A stretch of 41,491 bases of DNA from a virus. Its lineage: Duplodnaviria > Caudoviricetes. Under the pieces are notes generated by a model. That model made no database searches, was not told the DNA's origin, and worked only from the letters and a program-made list of their open reading frames with translations. Below are positions 8,854 to 16,464 of the stretch, in pieces. Each line of letters begins with the position of its first letter. Within the stretch, counting starts at the first letter, position 1. The DNA lies in IMG/VR virus record IMGVR_UViG_3300048575_000417, positions 1 through 41,491 of that record. One strand, 5' to 3'. A program made the translations under genes and the position numbers.

Positions 8854-10005
8854 ATGCCCCAAGAACCGATCAACGACGGCGCGCCGGCCGAACAGATTGA
8901 ATCTCTCGCAGGGAACGAAATCCCTTCTGCCGACAGTGCTGCCCCAGAGGCGGCCTCTCCGGCGTCCATGGACACGGGCGGCGCGCCGTCCCAAGCCAGC
9001 TTGTTGGACCGTCTGACCTCCCGCGGTTACGACGTGACCAACTTCAAGACCGACGACGCGGCGTTCGACGCCCTCGTCGCGGCGGCCGAGGCGTACGAGC
9101 AGGCCCAGCCTTTCGTACGCTACGGCCAGGAGTATGCCTCCCACGCCACCGAGTTCCAGAAGTGGCAACAGGAACAAGCGGCGAAGGCGCAGCAGGAGCA
9201 GGCCACCCAGGCAAATCCCGAGCCGGAAAAGCCGTCGTTTGAATGGAACACTCCCGAGTTCGATCCGGCCTGGAAGACTCGCTGCCGGTGGGATGCCGAA
9301 GCCGGCCGCTGGGTTCCGGCCACGCAGTACGATAGCCCCGCCATCGCGGACAAGCTCAACGCGTACACCGAATGGCACCAGTCGGCAGGCCAGCGGATCG
9401 TCTCCGAGTTCCCGCAGCTGGTACAGCAGGCGATTGCCGACCGGCTGACGGAGTTGGAGAAGTCGTTCGACCAGCGGGTGACCCAGTCCTTGCAGGGCGC
9501 GTTCGCCGAGTACGAGCAGGCCCAGGCGAACCGCCAGTACCTGGAAGCGCAGAAGGCCGAGTTCTACCAACTCGATCCGAAGGGCCAACCGTTGGTCAAC
9601 CCGCAGACCGGCGAATACGTGCTCAAGCCCAAGGGCGAGGCGTTCCGCAACTACCTCGTCGAGGCACGCGACCAGTTTGGGATCACCGATCCCGGCCGGA
9701 TGCGAGCCTACGCCGAGCGGATGGTCGCCGCCGACCTCGCCACGGGCAAGTTGGGCCAGTCCCCCGCCAAGCAAGAAACACCCGCCGGTGCGTCCGCCCC
9801 GGCTCCCACGCCGGAACAAGTCGCTCAGCAGAAAAAGGGCGAGTTCCTCAGCCGCGTGGTGAAAGGCCAGCGTGCTCCGAATCGCGGCGGCTCGACCCCG
9901 CCGCCCACCGCGCCGGCCGATGCGATGCAGAACCCCGATGCGACCCTGGACCAGTTGTTTCAAGAGGAAATGGAACGGGCGGGGCTCAAGCCCGCGCGAT
10001 CCTAA
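8854..10005 (+). CDS. Putative capsid scaffolding protein
   Basis: Directly upstream of the capsid gene. Acidic disordered N-terminus, Q/E/A-rich coiled coils, Pro-rich linker and short C-terminal helix (TLDQLFQEEMERAGL). Confidence 0.65.
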   Translation: MPQEPINDGAPAEQIESLAGNEIPSADSAAPEAASPASMDTGGAPSQASLLDRLTSRGYDVTNFKTDDAAFDALVAAAEAYEQAQPFVRYGQEYASHATEFQKWQQEQAAKAQQEQATQANPEPEKPSFEWNTPEFDPAWKTRCRWDAEAGRWVPATQYDSPAIADKLNAYTEWHQSAGQRIVSEFPQLVQQAIADRLTELEKSFDQRVTQSLQGAFAEYEQAQANRQYLEAQKAEFYQLDPKGQPLVNPQTGEYVLKPKGEAFRNYLVEARDQFGITDPGRMRAYAERMVAADLATGKLGQSPAKQETPAGASAPAPTPEQVAQQKKGEFLSRVVKGQRAPNRGGSTPPPTAPADAMQNPDATLDQLFQEEMERAGLKPARS

Positions 10006-10029
10006 TCAACGCAGAAGGGTTAACCACGG

Positions 10030-11136
10030 ATGGCAGACGAATGGGTCGGGATCGTTAAGGCCGTTGCGCCCAAGTACTTGAAGGGCGCGGCGGATCTCAC
10101 GGTGCGGCGACGATTGATCCTCAAGATGCTTGAGGCTCGCGGGCTGATCTCGTTGAACTACATGGGGTCGCACACGACCAAGTTCGACGTGGACTACAAG
10201 GAGCCGCCCGTCGAGAGCTACGGCGACGGCGGGATCGTCCACTACGAGCGGCGCGATTACCTGAAGCAGGGCGAGATCGACTGGCGCGGCTACGTGGCCA
10301 CCGATCTGATGACCCTGAAGGAACAAGAGGAGAGCAAGGGCGACACGGTCCTGGTGGACCGCTACAAGCGGATCTTCCCCAAGCTCACCAAGAGCGTGCG
10401 GCAGGCGATTGGCCTGGAGTTCTACTCCGATGGCTCGGCCGCCGGGAACGAGAACCGCTTCGCCGGCCTGGAAACCTTCTGTGGCAAGGGGGAGTGCGCC
10501 GCGACCGATATCATCGCCCAGCCGAACGACACCTACTTGGGGCTGTCGACGACCTTGGGCCAGGGCGGGCGATGGTCGACCGACCTCTTGACCAAGCCCA
10601 ACGCGACGGTCGCCACCGACTGGCCGGAAGGGGAAGGGTCGACGGAGTACGACTACTGGTCCCCGAAGCTGGTCAACTGGTCGAGCAGCAACTGGGGGAC
10701 CTCCAAGACCGCCTGGAAGGACAACTGCGAGACCGTCCTTCGCCGCACGATCCAGTGGCTCTCGCTCACGGCGGGGATCGAGTCCTCGACGCTCCTGTGC
10801 GTCTTGGCCGGCCACATGTTCACCGAATGGAAGGACGCCTTGAGCGCCAAGCAGCGGATCTTGGTGCCCTTCAAGGAGGCCGCCGATCTCGGGTTCAACG
10901 CCGACGTGCTCAATTTCGAGGGGCTCGCCGTGCAGACCGAGTTCGGCATCAAGGCCAACACGGGCTATGTGGTCAACGTCGACACGACCGAGCTGTGCAT
11001 TCTGCCCGACGAACTGATCAAGTCCAAGGGGCCGGACTACGACGCCGACTCGCTGTCTTGGAAGTTCTCGGTCTACACCTTCGGGAACTTCAAGTTCCTC
11101 CCCAAGGCGTGCGCGAAGCTCTTCAACTACGCCTAG
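10030..11136 (+). CDS. Major capsid protein (HK97 fold)
   Basis: 368 aa, strongly biased codons, located after the scaffold. Capsid-like segments: SVRQAIGLEFYSDGS...RFAGLE, ADLGFNADVLNFEGLAVQTE, GYVVN, FSVYTFGNF. Confidence 0.8.
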   Translation: MADEWVGIVKAVAPKYLKGAADLTVRRRLILKMLEARGLISLNYMGSHTTKFDVDYKEPPVESYGDGGIVHYERRDYLKQGEIDWRGYVATDLMTLKEQEESKGDTVLVDRYKRIFPKLTKSVRQAIGLEFYSDGSAAGNENRFAGLETFCGKGECAATDIIAQPNDTYLGLSTTLGQGGRWSTDLLTKPNATVATDWPEGEGSTEYDYWSPKLVNWSSSNWGTSKTAWKDNCETVLRRTIQWLSLTAGIESSTLLCVLAGHMFTEWKDALSAKQRILVPFKEAADLGFNADVLNFEGLAVQTEFGIKANTGYVVNVDTTELCILPDELIKSKGPDYDADSLSWKFSVYTFGNFKFLPKACAKLFNYA

Positions 11137-11194
11137 CCGTCGCGTGGGCGATCCATCAACGAACGGAATCGATCTTTCGAGGAAATAGAGGACT

Positions 11195-11818
11195 ATGAGT
11201 GACACTGGAGCGACTCCCATTGCTCGCGGCGCGACGTTCTACGGGGATGGGGACATCCCGACCTCGTACGGCCAGAGCGTGGGGCTTGAGGGGCGGACGC
11301 ACGTTTCGCCCGACGTGAATCCTTCCAATCCGACCGTGCGACGCAGCCAGAACGACGTCTACTCGATCCTGGTGCGTAACGCGACGGGGACGACCCTCTA
11401 CGCCGGTCAGGTGGTGGTGTGGGCCGATGGCTATCGGGGCAAGCGCGTGGGCCGGTTGGCCTACGTGTCCGCCGAGGAAGTGGCCGGCGTGGTCGACGAC
11501 CAGCTGCCCGCCACCGGTGTGCGCGACGGCGACATCTTCCACTTGATCGTCAAGGGGCCGTGTCTCACCCGCCTGTCGACGACCGCCGCCGAGGCCGTGG
11601 TCGCCGAGGGCAACGTGGTCTACGCGGCTGCGGCCGCCACCTCGGGTGCCGCCGGCGCTGGCCGGTTCCGTCCGTGGGTTGGCACGTTCAGTGCGACGGA
11701 ATCGACCGATGGCACGGCGGGCAAGATCGCCATGAACCGGATCGGGCGGGCGATGCAGGCCGCCACGACCGGCAACACCGGCGCGCTCAGGCTGGTGCAG
11801 TTGAACATTCAAGCCTAG
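11195..11818 (+). CDS. Putative capsid decoration/cement protein
   Basis: Follows the capsid gene; small A/G/T/V-rich beta protein (LVRNATGTTLYAGQVV, AGVVD, GDIFHLIVKGP, IGRAMQAA). Confidence 0.6.
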   Translation: MSDTGATPIARGATFYGDGDIPTSYGQSVGLEGRTHVSPDVNPSNPTVRRSQNDVYSILVRNATGTTLYAGQVVVWADGYRGKRVGRLAYVSAEEVAGVVDDQLPATGVRDGDIFHLIVKGPCLTRLSTTAAEAVVAEGNVVYAAAAATSGAAGAGRFRPWVGTFSATESTDGTAGKIAMNRIGRAMQAATTGNTGALRLVQLNIQA

Positions 11819-11868
11819 CCATAGGCGAGATAGGTCGCTGCCGTGACGGACGCACGGCAGAATCGGGG

Positions 11869-11906
11869 CTGCGGCCGGGAGCCTCACGCTCCCGGCCGTA
11901 GTTTTT
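11869..11906 (+). terminator. Rho-independent terminator after the capsid/decoration genes
   Basis: 14-bp stem ctgcggccgggagc/gctcccggccgtag (one G-U), 5-nt loop, then TTTTT. Confidence 0.75.
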
Positions 11907-11964
11907 CGCGGCCTGCCCCGAACGTGCGTGACTCCCCGAATGACCTTCCCCGAAAGGACGACCT

Positions 11965-12933
11965 ATGCAACCCCGTCGACTCGACGTTCTGATTGCGTGT
12001 TTCTCGTACGGCGGCAACGGCGGCATCGCCAGCGAGCACCCGGATGTGCGGAACTGGCTCTTGTCGGTGACCCCACAGATGCGGAAAGACCCTCGGGTCG
12101 GCCGCATCCGGCTGTTTGACATCGCGGACACCCCGATCTCGACCAGCCGGAACAAGGCGGTGGTCGAGGCCCGTAGCGGCGGCTACGATCTGCTGTTGAT
12201 GATCGACTCCGACATGCGGCCCGACATGCGGCTGGAACAGGATCCACAGGCCGAACCATTCTGGGACGTGGCCTTCGGCGCGATCCACGAGCACTACGAC
12301 CGTGGCCCCCTGGTGATCGGATCCCCCTACGCCGGCCCCCCGCCGACCGAAAACATCTACGTCTTCCACTGGGTCAACCTGCAGTCGAACCACGCGGACG
12401 ACGCCGACATGCAGCTGCGTCAGTACACGCGGCACGAGGCGTGCGAGCTTGCCGGGATCCAGCCGTGCGCCGCGCTGCCGACGGGCTTGATCCTGTTCGA
12501 CATGCGGGCCTTTGAGTTGACCGAGCCGCGAAAGCCGGGCGAAAAACCCTGGTTCTACTACGAATACACCGACCTCTACGAGTCGGAAAAGGCGTCGACC
12601 GAGGACGTGACCTCGACTCGCGACATCAGCCTCGCGGGCGTGGTCAAGCTGGGCTACAACCCGGTCCACTGCGCTTGGTCGAGTTGGGCCGGGCACTGGA
12701 AGCCCAAGTGCGTGGGTAAGCCCCAACTCCTTTCGGCCGACCTGGTCGCCCACAGTCTACGGCGCGCCGCGTTGGAACGCCTGCCTTCGGACCAGCGGCG
12801 AAGCTACGTCGAGACGCCCATCGCTGCCGAGGTGGATTGGTCCCAGGTGACGCGACTGGACCTGGACAACGGTCATCGAGAAGGGGGGAGTTGCTGTGGT
12901 GCCTGCCGAGAACGATCCGCCGATCCATCTTAA
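11965..12933 (+). CDS. GT-A fold (GT2-like) glycosyltransferase
   Basis: VLIACFSY strand; PISTSRNKAV; DLLLMIDSDM (DxD); TGLILFDMRAF; PWF; TED; C-terminal GH. Confidence 0.8.
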   Translation: MQPRRLDVLIACFSYGGNGGIASEHPDVRNWLLSVTPQMRKDPRVGRIRLFDIADTPISTSRNKAVVEARSGGYDLLLMIDSDMRPDMRLEQDPQAEPFWDVAFGAIHEHYDRGPLVIGSPYAGPPPTENIYVFHWVNLQSNHADDADMQLRQYTRHEACELAGIQPCAALPTGLILFDMRAFELTEPRKPGEKPWFYYEYTDLYESEKASTEDVTSTRDISLAGVVKLGYNPVHCAWSSWAGHWKPKCVGKPQLLSADLVAHSLRRAALERLPSDQRRSYVETPIAAEVDWSQVTRLDLDNGHREGGSCCGACRERSADPS

Positions 12934-13477
12934 CGACGCATTCTTCGCGGACTTCCGACTGACGGCCCTCCCCCAGCCCCCTCGGGCCTGCATCGTCTGC
13001 GAGCGAATTCTTCCTCTTGAGTCCTACCGCCGCACGAAGGATGGCATCCGCGAGATGTGCATCGAGTGCGAAGGGCAGGAACCACAACGCAAGCAAGAGC
13101 GCCAGCGTCAGGAACAGCTGAAGCGGGGCATCCACCGGATGGTCGCGGCGGCCAGGTCCGGCACGGTCAAGCCCCCGGCGCTCGCGGAGATCGCCGCCGA
13201 GATGGTGAACACCTACGGCGGCATAGCGTCCTTCTGTGCGGCCTGGAAAAACGACATCGACTTGTCGAAGCCAGGCAGCAAGACCCGCCTCGACGCCTAC
13301 GCCACGATTGTCAAGATCGCGGGGATGGCGGCGGCGGATCGGCGCAACGAGTTGGACCTGACCACGGTCCGCGAGGAAGATCTGGAGGACGCGATCACCA
13401 ACTACGTCATTCAGGTCCTGGGCGAGGCGACTGGGATGGACACCGAAGAATCCCCAGGTGCCGATGCCGCAGGATAA
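12896..13477 (+). CDS. Putative terminase small subunit with N-terminal Zn finger
   Basis: Overlaps the terL start. CIVC...CIEC, helical body, and C-terminal DLTTVREEDLE similar to terS tails. The call is mainly positional. Confidence 0.45.
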   Translation: MVPAENDPPIHLNDAFFADFRLTALPQPPRACIVCERILPLESYRRTKDGIREMCIECEGQEPQRKQERQRQEQLKRGIHRMVAAARSGTVKPPALAEIAAEMVNTYGGIASFCAAWKNDIDLSKPGSKTRLDAYATIVKIAGMAAADRRNELDLTTVREEDLEDAITNYVIQVLGEATGMDTEESPGADAAG

Positions 13478-16160
13478 CGTCCGAGTCGAGCTTTCCAATC
13501 GGGCCGACCTCGCGGCGGCGGTCCACGAACTGGAACGTCGCAAGAGGGATGCCCTGCGGCTCTATCGGCCACTTCCGAGGGCCGAGGTGTTCCACCGGTC
13601 AGCGGCATCCGAACGGATCCTCCGAGGCGGCAACCAGTGTACCTCCCTGGACACGCCGGTTCCGACCGCCAGGGGCGTCGTCTGTGCCGGCCAGGTCCAG
13701 GTCGGGGACGAGGTGATCGGCGGCCGCGTGGTCCACAAATGGGTGTCGCCGGAACCCGTGCCGACCTACAAGCTCGACTGCGAAGGCGGGTTTGAGCTTG
13801 TCGGTAGCGCCGAACATCCCGTGCTCGCCGAGTCGGGCAGGTTCGTTCGCTTGGCGGATCTCCGTCCGGGAATGCGGGTAAAGCTGGCAGTCGGGGAGTG
13901 GCCCTGGTCGAAATCGGTCATGTCGCCCGAGGACGGCTACTTCTGTGGACTGATGATTGGCGACGGCAGCGTCACGGGGTTTTCCGGGACGATGTGCCTC
14001 ACGTCGGCCGACCCGGAGCCGCACGCGTGGGTCCGGGGGTACCTGTCGGTCGCCTCCCGAACGTGCGGAAAGCCGACGGATCTGCAGTTCTGCTCGTCGG
14101 CTCTCAAGGAAAAGATGTGCTTCTTGTGGGGCATGGCGATCACGACCGCCCACCACAAGAGAATCCCCGCCGAGGTCTTCAAGGACCGCGAGGTGGCCCG
14201 TCAGTTCCTCCGCGGATACACGGACACGGACGGGTGCGTCTACACCAAAGGGGCCAGAAAAGAGCGGTCCGTCGTTTGGGTATCGGCCTCCGAGGGACTG
14301 CTGCGGGACGTGCAGCAACTGTTGTTGGCGTTCGGCGTCTATGCAGTCCTCAGCTTCGTGGAGAAGAAATTCAAAGGCAAGCTCTTCCCGCAGTGGCGGC
14401 TGCGGGCGCGCGGCCCGTGGGCGGATGCCTTCATGCTGCGGGTGGGCTGCGGGCTTTCCCGAAAACAAGACCCGTATCCGCTCGCCGGGGTGGAGAAGCT
14501 TCCCACCGAGAAACTCGTAAAGGTTCGTCGCAAGACGTACTGCCACAGGAAGCATGTCGTCGGCTTCACGGTCGATCCGACCAACACCTACGTTACGGCC
14601 GGTATTTGGTCCCACAACAGCAGCAAGACGACCTCGGCCGCCGTGGAGTTCGCCTCGGCCGCACGGAAGTTCCCCCTGACCGGCGGCGACGGCCAGCCGA
14701 TCACCTTCCGCTACCCGATGAATCGGCCGCTTCTGATGTGGGTCACCGGCTACGACCAGGCCCACATCGGCGGCACGATCTACAGCAAGCTGTTTAAGCC
14801 GGGCGCGTTTTCGATCATCCGCGACCGAAAGACCGGCGAGTGGCGCAGCTGGCGACCGTGGGAGCCGGAAGACAAGGCCCGCGAGGACGAGGCCGAGCCG
14901 GCCCCGCCCTTGATCCCCGAGTGGTGCGTCGACGAGCGGGGATGGGGCTGGGAGAACAAGGCCGAGCGGGTGTTCACCGTCTGTCGCCTCAAAAACGGCA
15001 CCGAGATCCGCGCGTTCCCCTCGGGCGGCAACGTCCCGCAGGGCAGCATCGTGGACGTGATCTGGATCGACGAAGACATCGTCCAGCCGTCCCTGGTGGG
15101 CGAGATGCGGATGCGCCAGGGGCGCTGTCGGGGTCGGTTCTTCTGGAGCGCGTGGCCCCATAGCGCCAACGACGCCCTGGTCAAGATGAGCGAGCGGGCG
15201 GCGGATCAGGTCGGCCGCGAGCATCCCGACATCATCGAGGTGGTCCTGCGGTTCTCGGACAACCCGTTCATCCCCCAGGAAGAGAAACGCCGCATCCTGG
15301 AGGGGTACAGCGACGAGGAACGGCGATCCCGCGACCTGGGCGACTTCCTCACCGACACGATCCTGGTCTTTCCGAGCTTCAACCCGGAGACACACTGCCT
15401 GCCGTCGCGCACCGAGCCGGATCGCCTGGAAAAGTTCCTGGCCGGGAGGAACGGGAAGATCCCGTTCGACTGGACGACCTACTTGGTCCTCGACCCTGGC
15501 CACACCCAACCGGCCGTGCTCCTGGCCGCCGTGCCGCCGCCCTCCGAGTTCGGGGACTACGTGGTCGTCTTCGACGAGGTCTACGTCCCCCGGATCAACG
15601 CCGACGAACTGGCCGATCTGGTGCGGGCGAAGGTCATGGGCCGGGTGATCGAGGCGTTCATCATCGACCATCGGTACGGTCGGCAAACCTCGGTCGGCAC
15701 CGGCAAGACCATCGCCTCGATCTACTCGGAGGCGTTCCGTCGCAAGGGGCTGTGCAGCCGGTCGACCGGATCGGGGTTCATCTACGGCTCGGACGACATC
15801 CAGGCGCGCAACATGATCGTGCGCGGGTGGTTGGGACCGGATCCCAACGGCAAGCCCAAGCTGCGACTGATCGCGGACACCACGCCGGCCACCCAGAAGG
15901 AATTCTCGCTCTACCGGAAGCGGGTGCTGCGGGACGCCGTGCGCGAGGAGGTCGTCGACCGCAACAACCACCTGATGGACTGCCTGGGCTACCTGGCCGC
16001 GTTTGGCCCGACCTACGTCGAGCGCGACGACCAGGACGCGACCTACAACCCCATCGTTCGCCTATGGCGACAACTCGAAAAGCAGGCGGGGGTCGAAAGC
16101 GACACCGTGTGGATCGGACCCGGACGGCATCCCGTCCAGTCGGCCCTGCCTAAACCTTAA
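13458..16160 (+). CDS. terL: Terminase large subunit containing an intein
   Basis: The exteins give Walker A region ILRGGNQ|SSKT, Walker B DVIWIDED, DNPFI, and RNase H-like nuclease motifs LVLDPG and NHLMDCLGY. Alternative start at ATG 13464. Confidence 0.92.
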   Translation: MPMPQDNVRVELSNRADLAAAVHELERRKRDALRLYRPLPRAEVFHRSAASERILRGGNQCTSLDTPVPTARGVVCAGQVQVGDEVIGGRVVHKWVSPEPVPTYKLDCEGGFELVGSAEHPVLAESGRFVRLADLRPGMRVKLAVGEWPWSKSVMSPEDGYFCGLMIGDGSVTGFSGTMCLTSADPEPHAWVRGYLSVASRTCGKPTDLQFCSSALKEKMCFLWGMAITTAHHKRIPAEVFKDREVARQFLRGYTDTDGCVYTKGARKERSVVWVSASEGLLRDVQQLLLAFGVYAVLSFVEKKFKGKLFPQWRLRARGPWADAFMLRVGCGLSRKQDPYPLAGVEKLPTEKLVKVRRKTYCHRKHVVGFTVDPTNTYVTAGIWSHNSSKTTSAAVEFASAARKFPLTGGDGQPITFRYPMNRPLLMWVTGYDQAHIGGTIYSKLFKPGAFSIIRDRKTGEWRSWRPWEPEDKAREDEAEPAPPLIPEWCVDERGWGWENKAERVFTVCRLKNGTEIRAFPSGGNVPQGSIVDVIWIDEDIVQPSLVGEMRMRQGRCRGRFFWSAWPHSANDALVKMSERAADQVGREHPDIIEVVLRFSDNPFIPQEEKRRILEGYSDEERRSRDLGDFLTDTILVFPSFNPETHCLPSRTEPDRLEKFLAGRNGKIPFDWTTYLVLDPGHTQPAVLLAAVPPPSEFGDYVVVFDEVYVPRINADELADLVRAKVMGRVIEAFIIDHRYGRQTSVGTGKTIASIYSEAFRRKGLCSRSTGSGFIYGSDDIQARNMIVRGWLGPDPNGKPKLRLIADTTPATQKEFSLYRKRVLRDAVREEVVDRNNHLMDCLGYLAAFGPTYVERDDQDATYNPIVRLWRQLEKQAGVESDTVWIGPGRHPVQSALPKP
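13638..14618 (+). mobile_element. Intein (327 aa) with LAGLIDADG homing endonuclease
   Basis: N-terminal CTSLDTPV, block B SAEHPV, LAGLIDADG motifs YFCGLMIGDGS and FLRGYTDTDGCV, C-terminal YVTAGIWSHN followed by +1 Ser. Confidence 0.95.
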
Positions 16161-16174
16161 CCCCGGAGGCCCCC

Positions 16175-16462
16175 ATGAAACCTACGTTGCCCATCGGAAC
16201 GACGTGCCGCTGGTACCGGCGCGGAGACACGACCCGCAAACCGCTCGCGGCGATTGTGACCGACAGCGATGCCAGCGGGATTCTGGACCTGACCGTGTTC
16301 GTTCGGCAAGGCCGACAGGTCGAGCCGGTGACCGGCGTGCGACACAAGGACGATCCCTATCTGGCCGACCATCCCGAGATCGCCTCGGAAAACGGCGTGT
16401 GGGACTTCGTCGAGAGCGTCGGCCGACCGGCGGCGGAATCGAAACCGAGCAAGGGGCGCTAA
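16175..16462 (+). CDS. Phage hypothetical protein (SH3-like small beta protein)
   Basis: GGAGG RBS; PLAAIVT...LDLTVF...W pattern; fills the terL-portal gap. Confidence 0.75.
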   Translation: MKPTLPIGTTCRWYRRGDTTRKPLAAIVTDSDASGILDLTVFVRQGRQVEPVTGVRHKDDPYLADHPEIASENGVWDFVESVGRPAAESKPSKGR

Positions 16463-16464
16463 GC

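Noticed and set aside
9831-9837. -1 frameshift site in the scaffold (GAAAAAG)
   Set aside because: Only five A's, so it is not a full slippery heptamer, and no useful extension is evident.
16003-16464. Long N-terminal extension of the portal ORF
   Set aside because: It overlaps terL and the 16175 gene and has shadow-like composition; GTG 16465 fits better.
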